A stretch of DNA of 33,749 nucleotides from Caldimicrobium sp. (GTDB lineage: Bacteria; Desulfobacterota; Thermodesulfobacteria; Thermodesulfobacteriales; Thermodesulfobacteriaceae): assembly GCA_046291435.1 (NCBI GenBank), contig JBKBTC010000001.1:1-33749 (forward strand), given 5' to 3'. The notes beneath the pieces are model-generated. The model searched no databases. It was not told where the DNA came from and saw only the letters and a program-made list of their open reading frames with translations. This document shows positions 17,547 to 29,449 of the stretch, piece after piece. Position 1 is the stretch's first letter, and every line of letters begins with the position of its first letter. Made by a program: the position numbers and the translations under genes.

Positions 17547-17623
17547 GCGGGCGTAGCTCAGTTTGGTAGAGCGACAGCTTGCCATGCTGTAGGCCGCGGG
17601 TTCGAATCCCGTCGCCCGCTCCA
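17547..17623 (+). tRNA. tRNA-Gly (anticodon GCC)
   Basis: Acceptor stem GCGGGCG/CGCCCGC, discriminator T, encoded CCA; D-arm AGCTCAG…GGTAGAGC; anticodon arm ACAGC-TTGCCAT-GCTGT; T-loop GTTCGAATCC. Confidence 0.98.
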
Positions 17624-17637
17624 AAGAGGTTAACTTT

Positions 17638-18324
17638 ATGGAGCTTACTTATTACGGACATTCTTGTTTCAAAATAGTTAGTCAAGAAGGGAAAAAGATT
17701 TTAATTGACCCCTGGTTGTTTAATCCCCAAGCACCCAAGAATGTTGATTTAGGTCCCTATGATTACATTCTTATTACACATGCCCATGGGGATCATTTAG
17801 GAGAGGTTTTAAAAATAGCACGCACCTCTGCAACCGAGGTAATTGCCATTCATGAAATTCAACAATATCTATTGATGAAAGGAATTCCTACGGCAACTGG
17901 AATGAATATTGGTGGAACCTATACTACAAATGACTTATCCTTTACTATGGTCAAAGCCTTGCATAGTTCCTCTTTCCCTGATGGGACCTATGGAGGTGAG
18001 CCTTGTGGGTTTATAATAACTTTGGAAAATGGATTATCTATTTATCATGCTGGGGATACAGGTTTATTTGGGGATATGACCTTAATTGGTGAATTATATA
18101 ACCCAGAAATAGCCCTATTGCCAATAGGTGATCATTATGTTATGGGACCAAAGGAAGCAGCAAAAGCTTGTCAGTTAATTAAAGCAAAAAAGGTGGTCCC
18201 TATGCATTATGGAACTTTTCCTATTCTTAAGGGAACAGTAAGTGCTTTTGAAAAAGAACTAAATAAATATCCTTTCAAGCCAGAAATCATAACTTTAAAA
18301 CCAGGTGAATCTATAAAACTTTAA
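17638..18324 (+). CDS. Metal-dependent hydrolase, metallo-beta-lactamase fold (UPF0173-like)
   Basis: YYGHSCF, IDPW, THAHGDH, HSSS, YHAGDT, PIG…MGP, PMHYGTF. Confidence 0.92.
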   Translation: MELTYYGHSCFKIVSQEGKKILIDPWLFNPQAPKNVDLGPYDYILITHAHGDHLGEVLKIARTSATEVIAIHEIQQYLLMKGIPTATGMNIGGTYTTNDLSFTMVKALHSSSFPDGTYGGEPCGFIITLENGLSIYHAGDTGLFGDMTLIGELYNPEIALLPIGDHYVMGPKEAAKACQLIKAKKVVPMHYGTFPILKGTVSAFEKELNKYPFKPEIITLKPGESIKL

Positions 18325-18329
18325 ATACC

Positions 18330-18950
18330 TTGCCACAATTTCTTGCTATTTCAGGATTTCATAACTCTGGGAAAACAAGAGTCGGAGAGGTTATCGTTAA
18401 AAATCTTATAGAAAAAGGCTATAAAGTTGCCGTAGTTAAATCAACTAAAGAGGAGGGACTTCTTACAGATAAAGAAAAATCTGATACCTGTAGATATAGG
18501 CTTGCAGGATCTCAAGTAGTTTCTCTCTTACAAAAGCAATTTTTTACCCTTTATTATTCAAGAGATTTATTTAGCGATGATAAGTTGATAGAATTTTTTG
18601 AGAAAATCTTTTGGGAATTTGATATAATTTTGCTTGAGGGTTTTAAAAATTTAAAGGGGGTCCCTAAAATATGGGTCATAAGAGATGGAGATGATGTTGA
18701 AATAATTAAAAGGGAATACCCAGGGATAGAACTTTTTACAACCCCTGAGGATACAGAAGATTATCTCTCCTTTGTAGAAACTAAGTTGATAAAAAAGGAT
18801 GCCTATGTATCTCTTTGGGTTAACTCCAAAAAAATTTTTTTGAAAGAGTTTATTCAGGTGATACTAAAAAATATCATTTTCGGTTTTTTGAGAGGACTTA
18901 AAGATATTCCTGAAAAAATTACTCAAATTGAGGTGAAAATCAAAAAATAG
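18330..18950 (+). CDS. mobB: Molybdopterin-guanine dinucleotide biosynthesis protein B
   Basis: P-loop SGFHNSGKT, VAVVK, SDT.RY..AG, DIILLEGFK…PKI. TTG start. Confidence 0.85.
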   Translation: MPQFLAISGFHNSGKTRVGEVIVKNLIEKGYKVAVVKSTKEEGLLTDKEKSDTCRYRLAGSQVVSLLQKQFFTLYYSRDLFSDDKLIEFFEKIFWEFDIILLEGFKNLKGVPKIWVIRDGDDVEIIKREYPGIELFTTPEDTEDYLSFVETKLIKKDAYVSLWVNSKKIFLKEFIQVILKNIIFGFLRGLKDIPEKITQIEVKIKK

Positions 18951-20320
18951 TAAGAGAAAAAAGTTAAGAAACAAAGTATAATAAAATGTATAAAGTATTT
19001 AAAAGGTATTTCTTTGTCAAATTCTTTGTAATAAAAGTAGAGTATTAGATAGAGACTTCCTGACAAAGCAAGTATTAAGAAGAAGAAGGAGGAATATTTA
19101 ATGAAGGAATCAGGTATGTGTAAATAAAGGTTCAAGAAGGATTCCAGATGAAATTGTCTTCCTAAGGTGGGAAAGAAATTTTCTAAATTTTTTAAAAAAA
19201 ATTGCCAACGGTATATCAATTCACCAGTAAAAGCAAAGGGGATTAAAATAGCCACAGTTAGGTTAAATTTTCCAAAGATAGGATCTTCTAAATATTTAAA
19301 AATAAGGGCTCCTATTTTAGTGATAATTAGAATAGTAAAGGAGAAAAAGAAAAAGAGAAGAGTAAAGAAAAATGAATGAGAAAGATGGATGGAGTGCATC
19401 CATTGAGTATAATAGGGTGTTTCTGCTAAAAAACGAGCCAATTGTGAACCTATGAGAAAGGGGATAACGAAGGCACAGGTAATTCCCTTCCCTTTAAATA
19501 AAATAATCTCCTTTAAAGGATGTCTTAGATATATGGCAGGAGAATCCTTTGGGCATAAGACTAAACAATGACCGCAAATAAAACAATTGAGATTATTTCT
19601 CACAGAAACGGCACCTAAGTATACAGGACAGGGTCTTATATTTTCCGTTCCTTTTCGACACTTTGCTTCCTTACAGGTTGAGCAGATTTGATAATTTGGA
19701 CGGAATTCAATAAGTGCCATGGTTGCCGCAACTCCTGTTATTCTCCCAAGAGGGCATAAATACCTACACCAGGCATATTCTTTATAGAGAACTCCCCATA
19801 TCCCAGCAAATATTACGATGCTTAACAAAAAAAGAGCTGTGTACCGAGGAGAAGAAACAAGAGGGCTTGTGCTTTCAAGCCAAATGATAATAAAGAATAA
19901 GATGGTTGATAAATGAATTCCCTTTTTCTCTAACCATGAAGGGGGGGTTTTAAAAAAGGAAAGTTTCAAATTTTGTAATAATCTTGCAAGTCCTGGAAAA
20001 GGGCAAAAGGCACACCACATTCTTCCTAAAAAAAACCAAGAAAGTACTAAGGAACTCCACCAAACCCCCCAAGCTATAAATAACATTGCATTTTTTTGCG
20101 GATCCTGTGGACCAAAAAGCCCCATAAAAATTAATACTAAGAAAATAATATCCCCTACGCTTCTAATATATGCGAAATTTTTCCTTTGATAGAAAAAGGC
20201 TTTTAACTTAGGAAATGTTTCAAATAGATTTATTCTGTAATCAAAACCTAAATTAGACCAAAAAAGAGTTTTAAAAAATTCAATTATTTTTGGTTTGTAA
20301 TTATAATCTTTTTTTATCAT
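18923..20320 (-). CDS. Integral-membrane 4Fe-4S (NapH/MauN-like) polyferredoxin
   Basis: Many TM helices; GRMWCAFCP and WCRYLCPLG motifs; CSTC….C…CP and CFICGHCLVLCP cluster motifs. Confidence 0.85.
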   Translation of the reverse strand: MIKKDYNYKPKIIEFFKTLFWSNLGFDYRINLFETFPKLKAFFYQRKNFAYIRSVGDIIFLVLIFMGLFGPQDPQKNAMLFIAWGVWWSSLVLSWFFLGRMWCAFCPFPGLARLLQNLKLSFFKTPPSWLEKKGIHLSTILFFIIIWLESTSPLVSSPRYTALFLLSIVIFAGIWGVLYKEYAWCRYLCPLGRITGVAATMALIEFRPNYQICSTCKEAKCRKGTENIRPCPVYLGAVSVRNNLNCFICGHCLVLCPKDSPAIYLRHPLKEIILFKGKGITCAFVIPFLIGSQLARFLAETPYYTQWMHSIHLSHSFFFTLLFFFFSFTILIITKIGALIFKYLEDPIFGKFNLTVAILIPFAFTGELIYRWQFFLKNLENFFPTLGRQFHLESFLNLYLHIPDSFIKYSSFFFLILALSGSLYLILYFYYKEFDKEIPFKYFIHFIILCFLTFFSYYFLIFTSI

Positions 20321-20369
20321 ATTTTAAATCTAAGTTATTGAGAGAGACTAAGAAGATTTTGTGAAAAAA

Positions 20370-21161
20370 TTAAATATATATTATCTCCCCAGAGGATACT
20401 TCAATAAGAGATTCTTTTGTGCTAATAATTAAAGCTCCTTTTTCTGTAAAATCTATTGCTATCCCAAAAATTCCCTCTTCTGGTGCCTCTAAGTTGTAGC
20501 TATAATAGACACATTTACCTAAGGTATCTGAATAGGCTTTTAAGTCCTCTATTAAAGGGTTTTTGTCTGAGTGCTCTGGGATATGTTTTTTTTCGTAATC
20601 CCAGAGCATCTTATAGTAATAATTTAGCCATAAAATTAAAACTTCAAGCACACGGTGTATAGATACCTCCTTTTTGAGTAAGCTTTTCATATTTATGGCT
20701 GGTAGGGTTGAGGGCAAAGGATTGTTCACATTTAATCCAAGACCACATAATATCCAATCGTTATACCGTTGTAGAAGTACTCCTGCTAATTTTTTCCCTT
20801 TATAATGGATGTCATTAATCCATTTAAGGTATACTTCAGAGAGACCTAAGGATCTAATAGTTCTTATTAAAGCAAGCCCAATAAAAATACTTAAAAGGTT
20901 ATGATTTTCTGGAAGTAACTCATCATAAAGAGTTAGCACACACCATAGCCCACCTTTGTTTGCTAACCATGTCCTTTGAAAGCGCCCTTTTGCTTCAGAA
21001 ATCTCTTCTGCTATGAGGATTCTTCCGTGGGCACTTTTCGGGTATAAATCAATTAATTCTTTAGCCTTTTGAAAGCCACTTTTTAACAAGGAAAAATGCC
21101 AAATTTCCTCTCCAATAAAAACTGGTAGAGGATATAGGTTTTTTAGTGTTAGGAACTCCAC
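20370..21161 (-). CDS. birA: Biotin-protein ligase (BirA-like, no obvious HTH)
   Basis: AKGRFQRTW (GRGR.GR.W-like), GGLW, KWIND…KKLAGVL, GLGLNVN, C-terminal SH3-like GALII…SSGEI. Confidence 0.85.
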   Translation of the reverse strand: MEFLTLKNLYPLPVFIGEEIWHFSLLKSGFQKAKELIDLYPKSAHGRILIAEEISEAKGRFQRTWLANKGGLWCVLTLYDELLPENHNLLSIFIGLALIRTIRSLGLSEVYLKWINDIHYKGKKLAGVLLQRYNDWILCGLGLNVNNPLPSTLPAINMKSLLKKEVSIHRVLEVLILWLNYYYKMLWDYEKKHIPEHSDKNPLIEDLKAYSDTLGKCVYYSYNLEAPEEGIFGIAIDFTEKGALIISTKESLIEVSSGEIIYI

Positions 21162-21808
21162 TCCTCACGAATACGTTGAATTATTTTTTCCAGGTATGGC
21201 AAGTCTTCTACAGGACATAGTCCTAAAAGAGGATCACCAGCTTGAACTATCTCAAAAGGTTTAAAATACAGTTGGAAAATAATAAAAGTTCCCTTTTCTT
21301 GTAAATAAAGGGGTCTTTCTCTTTTCATATAAGTCATAATAATTAATTCGTCGCCTTCTTTTACTTTTGTATTTTTTATCCCTTCCTTTTCTATTTTTTT
21401 GGCTAATTCGGGGCTAAGAATATATCTTGCTGTTTCAGGAGCTGAAATTACATATAGAGAGGAAAGTAATATTTCAGAAACAATTTCTTCTTGAGTAAGA
21501 GGATGTTTAATTTCTAAAACAATTTCTCCAGCTTCTACAAACTTACCAAGTAGAGCTGACTTTAAATTTTGAACTATACCGTTATAGGAAGCTCTTATTA
21601 ATTTTTGATTTTTTTCTCTCTCCAGAACAAATAGAGGGGTTCCTGGTTTTTCTAACCATTGCCCTGAAGGACCAACTACGCAATCTCCTTCTTTTACTTT
21701 AAACTCTATAATGCGACCCGTATGAGGAGTTGCAATGGGGAAAATTTTATAGGGATTAGCTTTAAATTTTTGCAATCGTTGGGTTAATTCTTGAAAATCT
21801 ATTTTCAT
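21149..21808 (-). CDS. Atypical biotin-carboxyl-carrier-like protein with two biotin/lipoyl-type domains
   Basis: Domain 1: TPHTG…VKEGD…LFVLEREKN…IRA..NG.V…FVEAGE. Domain 2: SAP…VKEGD.L..MTYMKRE…VQAGDPL. Lies between the carboxyltransferase and the ligase. Confidence 0.7.
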   Translation of the reverse strand: MKIDFQELTQRLQKFKANPYKIFPIATPHTGRIIEFKVKEGDCVVGPSGQWLEKPGTPLFVLEREKNQKLIRASYNGIVQNLKSALLGKFVEAGEIVLEIKHPLTQEEIVSEILLSSLYVISAPETARYILSPELAKKIEKEGIKNTKVKEGDELIIMTYMKRERPLYLQEKGTFIIFQLYFKPFEIVQAGDPLLGLCPVEDLPYLEKIIQRIREEWSS

Positions 21809-21814
21809 CTTACT

Positions 21815-24031
21815 TTACCTATAATAAAGATTAGGACCACCCATGGTAAGAAGTGCAAAAAACAATTTTTTTCTAAGCTCTCGTCTATCCCAAATGCCCT
21901 GGATATGACCTCTTTTTAAAGCATTTTCCACACTATGGTAGTCAGGAGGCACAGGTTGTCCTGTCGTCTCTAAAATTACCCTTGGACCTGCAAAGCCTAA
22001 ACGAGTAGACCTTAAGGCAAATTTATAAGGTGCGGATCCAAGGAAACTTGCAACAGGTCCAGCATAGGAGTTATTGTCAAAGACCACTATATATAAACCA
22101 CCACTATCTACATAGTCTCTAACAGCCATAGTACATCTTGGCATTTGCACAACCCCTAAGGTGCCTTCATGGATCCGGATCCCTCCAGTAGTATGAACAA
22201 GAGCAAGAAATGGTCTCCTCGTAATTTTAGCCAATTCGATGGCACGAATAAATTTTTCTCCCTCTACTACTCCCACTGTTCCTTGCCTAAAATCTGCAAC
22301 TAACATCACTGCTACTAAGGAAATTCCTCCAATTTTAGCTTCAAAAGAAATTAAGGCTGACTTTAGTCCAGTTTCTTTACAGGCAACTTTTAATTTTTCT
22401 GCATACCCTTCAAAATTTAAAGGATTTCCAGAGGTTAATTCTTCATTAAAGATTTTTACACTATTTTTGTCAAAGATGTTATTTAAGTACCACTTATACT
22501 CCAAGGGAAAATGATATCCACAAATTGGGCAAACACCACAGAATTCACCATAGAGGTCTGGAACCCAAAGGTCTGGACATCCATATTTATCAGCTTGAGG
22601 ACAAGTGACAGTTCTATCCTGAAGTGCTAAGGGACTAACATAAAGGGAAGTTTCCTCCTCAATGCTTGTCAAAATCTTTACTTTTGGTTTTACCTTTTTG
22701 CCAACGATAAGATTATAAACATTTTTTACAGGGTCTGATACAGGTTTTAAAAGTAAGGAAGATTCACTCCAAAGTTCATTCCAAAATTTTAAAAAAGTTT
22801 TTTGACTCTTTTTAAGAACATTATACTTCATTTCGTAAATAAACTTTTGTCCTAAATTTGTACCTTTGTTTGTAAGCGACCTTAAAAAACTTTTAGGTTC
22901 AAGTATAGCCCATTGAGACATTTTTCTATATTTTTCATATCTATTCTCAATTAATATTTCTTTTTCATCTTCTGATAATTCCCAATTGATAAAATACCTA
23001 AAGGATTCTTCCGTTTGTTTGATTAAGGCATATTTTCTAAAAGTTTTAAGGCTTCGAGTTTGCAAAATTACTTCATCTGTAGCTTTAATAAGTTCAAATT
23101 TTAATTTTTTAAAAAATTCATAATCTTTCCTTCTTGCACCAAGTGGTGGCTCAGGTATAACTTTATCAATAGTTCCTAATTCAAGATTATCCTTAGCAGT
23201 TAGCTTTAGATTTTTAGCCATTTTTTCTACAAGTTCTCTTGGTGGTCTTTCCTCTTTGAGTTTAGCCTCTATAGCAGCTGCCCCTTCAGGGCTTATTACA
23301 GAATAATATCCCTTTTCAGCCATAAGCCTCATATCAGTTAATCCTATAGCTTCAGCTCCACCAGATCCTCCTTCAGAAATAAAGGAAATAGTTGGAACTT
23401 GAAGTTTACTCATATAATAAAGGTTCATAGCTATTTGTTGAGCCGCCCCTGGTGGATCCTCTACTGGATAGGCTCCTGGTGTAAAAATAAAAAAGTGTAT
23501 AGGGATTCCCTCAGTTTCAGCCATCTTCATATACCTTAAAGCCTTTTCATTCCCCCAAGGAGTTGCACTTCCACCTCTTCTAAATTCCTCACCTTGTCCC
23601 TTTTCATGCCCGATAACCATAACTTGATGAAAATAGACCTCATCACCTACTCTTCTTGAAAGCAAAGCTTTAGCACAGATAATAGCAGGGTCAATATTTA
23701 ATTCTCCTTCACCACCTAATTCTACATAACTATCATAAACATTTTCTAAAATATCTATTAAGGTAAATCGTTGCGAATGCCTTGTAATCTTTACAATTTC
23801 ATAGGGAGTAAGTGTTTCTTCAGCCTTTAAAAGTAATGTTTTAAGTTCTTTCTCCAGTCTGCCCGCTTTCTCCTCCAAATCTTTTTGTGTATATTCATAG
23901 AAGTTTAAATATAAAATATTTAGTTCTTCTCTTATTTCTTCAATATTTAAAAAATTTTCTCCTTTTATATCACGAATGTAGTTAGCTAAGTCTATTAATT
24001 CCTTTATTTTCTTATGAAGTTCTATAAGCAT
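21815..24031 (-). CDS. Fused acyl-CoA carboxylase carboxyltransferase alpha+beta (AccA-AccD-like)
   Basis: Alpha part: TPGAYP, EGGSGGA, YYSVISPEGAA, IDKVIPEP. Beta part: Zn finger …VCPICGYH, GEK, GG.R..EG, GFAGPRVI. Confidence 0.88.
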   Translation of the reverse strand: MLIELHKKIKELIDLANYIRDIKGENFLNIEEIREELNILYLNFYEYTQKDLEEKAGRLEKELKTLLLKAEETLTPYEIVKITRHSQRFTLIDILENVYDSYVELGGEGELNIDPAIICAKALLSRRVGDEVYFHQVMVIGHEKGQGEEFRRGGSATPWGNEKALRYMKMAETEGIPIHFFIFTPGAYPVEDPPGAAQQIAMNLYYMSKLQVPTISFISEGGSGGAEAIGLTDMRLMAEKGYYSVISPEGAAAIEAKLKEERPPRELVEKMAKNLKLTAKDNLELGTIDKVIPEPPLGARRKDYEFFKKLKFELIKATDEVILQTRSLKTFRKYALIKQTEESFRYFINWELSEDEKEILIENRYEKYRKMSQWAILEPKSFLRSLTNKGTNLGQKFIYEMKYNVLKKSQKTFLKFWNELWSESSLLLKPVSDPVKNVYNLIVGKKVKPKVKILTSIEEETSLYVSPLALQDRTVTCPQADKYGCPDLWVPDLYGEFCGVCPICGYHFPLEYKWYLNNIFDKNSVKIFNEELTSGNPLNFEGYAEKLKVACKETGLKSALISFEAKIGGISLVAVMLVADFRQGTVGVVEGEKFIRAIELAKITRRPFLALVHTTGGIRIHEGTLGVVQMPRCTMAVRDYVDSGGLYIVVFDNNSYAGPVASFLGSAPYKFALRSTRLGFAGPRVILETTGQPVPPDYHSVENALKRGHIQGIWDRRELRKKLFFALLTMGGPNLYYR

Positions 24032-24039
24032 CGTAGCTC

Positions 24040-25431
24040 TTAAGCAGGCAAAAATTGATATAATTTATTCAAATTTTCTCTTAAGTAATCAATATTAGTA
24101 ATTAAGGGCTCCTCTTTAAAAGTATGCCCCTCAATTTTTAAATCTGAGAGAAAAGTTCGGCTTTTCTCTAATAGGTCTTCTAAGTTTTCAGCATAAATGA
24201 TGGCTAAAGCTAAGTTAGGGTCATATTGTGTAGGTATTACATAGGGTTTATCTTGAGGCACATGGGTGCGCATAGTTAACCACGGATGAGGTCTATAGGA
24301 AAAATTAGTAATAACGCCACTAAGAGGGATGAAGCCTCTTTTAGTATCCTCTGCTATTAGTCTAAATTCTAAACTCATACCTTTAAAAGTTATATCATTT
24401 TGTGTGTATCCCAATGCATCTCCAAAGCTAACTCTTATTTGTTCTTTAATAAGATTTACTGATTTATTTTTTATAAAGGAAATTTTAGCAGAAATTTCAT
24501 TTTCTACTTGGATTCGGGTGTTTACCTCCATTAAATAAAACTTTCCTTCCGGAGTAATAAGCCATTCAAAAGTCCCCACACTATCATAGTTAAAATATTT
24601 AGCTAATTTCAAAGACTGTTCAATAATTTGTTTTTCGACCTCTTTATAATCAAAGGAATATTTAATTTTATCACAAAATCCAGGAGCTAATTCAATTCTT
24701 TTTTGTTTAAAAGGACTTTGAATAGTACAATTTCGGGTCCCAAAATGTACATATTCTCCTTTTTTGCTTCCTAAGATTTGTACTTCTAAATGTTGAAATA
24801 CAGGAATTTTTACCTCAATGATAATACCTTCTTCTCCAAAAAGTCTTTTAGCATAGGCTCTTATTCTTCTAAAAACAGGACGCACCTCTTCTAAATTTTT
24901 AACTTCCTCTATTCCCATTCCACCACCACCAGCTACAGCTTTTACTAAAAAAGATACATTCTCAAACCCTTCAGCAGAAGCTTCTTCCAAAAGTTCCTCA
25001 GCTTTTATCTCTGCTTCTATTTCATTATAGATGGGGTCTACAGTCCCTGGAATGACAGGTATCCCTAATTTATGGGCTTCTTTCTTCATATAAAGTTTAT
25101 TTCCCAAGTCTCTTATGGCTTCCCAGGATGGACCTATCCAAATAAGAGGTCTTTCTCTTTTTACTACTCTTCTTGCAAAGCGATAATTTTCCGAGAGGAA
25201 TCCATATCCCGGATGAATAGCTGTGCATTTCTCTTCATCTGCCACTGCCAAAAGATCATTCATATCCCTATAATCGGAAATTCTATATTTTTTCTTTGAA
25301 AGTCTAACATGTAGAGACTCTTCATCTTCTTTAGTATAAACGGTTACATAGTCAATTTTTAGAGCATTGCACGCCTCCATTATTCGTAAAGCTATTTCCC
25401 CTCTATTTGCTATTAAGACTTTTTCTTTCAT
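24040..25431 (-). CDS. accC: Biotin carboxylase
   Basis: VLIANRGEIALRI, IHPGYGFLSEN, KA..GGGG.G, EVNTRIQVE, R..AED. Confidence 0.9.
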   Translation of the reverse strand: MKEKVLIANRGEIALRIMEACNALKIDYVTVYTKEDEESLHVRLSKKKYRISDYRDMNDLLAVADEEKCTAIHPGYGFLSENYRFARRVVKRERPLIWIGPSWEAIRDLGNKLYMKKEAHKLGIPVIPGTVDPIYNEIEAEIKAEELLEEASAEGFENVSFLVKAVAGGGGMGIEEVKNLEEVRPVFRRIRAYAKRLFGEEGIIIEVKIPVFQHLEVQILGSKKGEYVHFGTRNCTIQSPFKQKRIELAPGFCDKIKYSFDYKEVEKQIIEQSLKLAKYFNYDSVGTFEWLITPEGKFYLMEVNTRIQVENEISAKISFIKNKSVNLIKEQIRVSFGDALGYTQNDITFKGMSLEFRLIAEDTKRGFIPLSGVITNFSYRPHPWLTMRTHVPQDKPYVIPTQYDPNLALAIIYAENLEDLLEKSRTFLSDLKIEGHTFKEEPLITNIDYLRENLNKLYQFLPA

Positions 25432-25445
25432 ATTTATTAAAAACT

Positions 25446-28590
<3,145 letters not shown>

Positions 28591-28621
28591 TTTCTTCCTC
28601 CATTAATCGTGAATGCCATTA

Positions 28622-28630
28622 ATTCTATCA
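28622..28630 (-). promoter_or_regulatory. Extended -10 element upstream of aspS
   Basis: TGATAGAAT, followed by SD GGAGG. Confidence 0.5.
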
Positions 28631-28663
28631 AATTTGCTAAAATTTTCATCTAATCTTCGTCTA

Positions 28664-29449
28664 TCAATTTATAGTCTTCTCAAGATTAAAAAAGTTCATG
28701 GCATTTTTAGTGGTTATTTCAGCTATCTCTTGAAGTGGGACCCCCTTAATTTCAGCTAATTTTTTAGCGGTATAAATGATAAAGGCAGGTTCATTTCTTT
28801 TCCCTCGCATCGGTTCCGGAGAAAGAAAAGGACAATCAGTTTCAAGTAGAATTCTCTTAAGTGGAATATACTTTATAGCCTCTCTTAGCTCATTGGCTTT
28901 TTCAAAAGTAATTACACCAGGTAAAGAGATAAGGCTATTAAATTCTAAAATTTTAAAGGCTACTTCTTTATTTGCAGTAAAACAATGAAAAAGTATGGGA
29001 TAATCTCTGTAGTTTTTTAGAAGATCAAGGGCAAATTCCCAAAAATTCATATCACCTCTTAAATGCAGGATAGCAGGTTTTTGAAGCTCCTTTGAGAGCT
29101 CTAAGAGCCTTTCAAAATGTTTAATTTGTAATTCCTTAGGGGAGTACTCCTTTACCCAATCTAAGCCAATTTCACCTATGGCACAAGCTTCTCTTGCCCT
29201 TTCTTTTAGCCAAATATAATCTTCTTCCTTTATCTTTTTTACTTCGTGTGGATGAAAACCAAGGGCAACCTCTATAAGCTCTCCATAAGTCTCTTTTATT
29301 TCAAGGGCACGCTCTCCTGTTTTTCTATCAATTCCAACTACGATAATTTTTATAATTCCCACCTCTTTTGCTCGTTCTATAACTTGAGGAAGCTCTTTTT
29401 TATAGTCTGGCCAATTTAAATGAGCGTGGGTATCAATTAACCTCATCAT
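28664..29449 (-). CDS. tatD: TatD-family metal-dependent nuclease
   Basis: IDTHAH, GFHPH, GEIGLD, LH.R, HCF, LETDCPFL.P.P.RGKRNEP. Confidence 0.93.
   Translation of the reverse strand: MMRLIDTHAHLNWPDYKKELPQVIERAKEVGIIKIIVVGIDRKTGERALEIKETYGELIEVALGFHPHEVKKIKEEDYIWLKERAREACAIGEIGLDWVKEYSPKELQIKHFERLLELSKELQKPAILHLRGDMNFWEFALDLLKNYRDYPILFHCFTANKEVAFKILEFNSLISLPGVITFEKANELREAIKYIPLKRILLETDCPFLSPEPMRGKRNEPAFIIYTAKKLAEIKGVPLQEIAEITTKNAMNFFNLEKTIN

Noticed and set aside
17547-17623. tRNA-Gly as an integration site of a genomic island
   Set aside because: No integrase and no duplicated tRNA 3' end seen; flanking genes are housekeeping.
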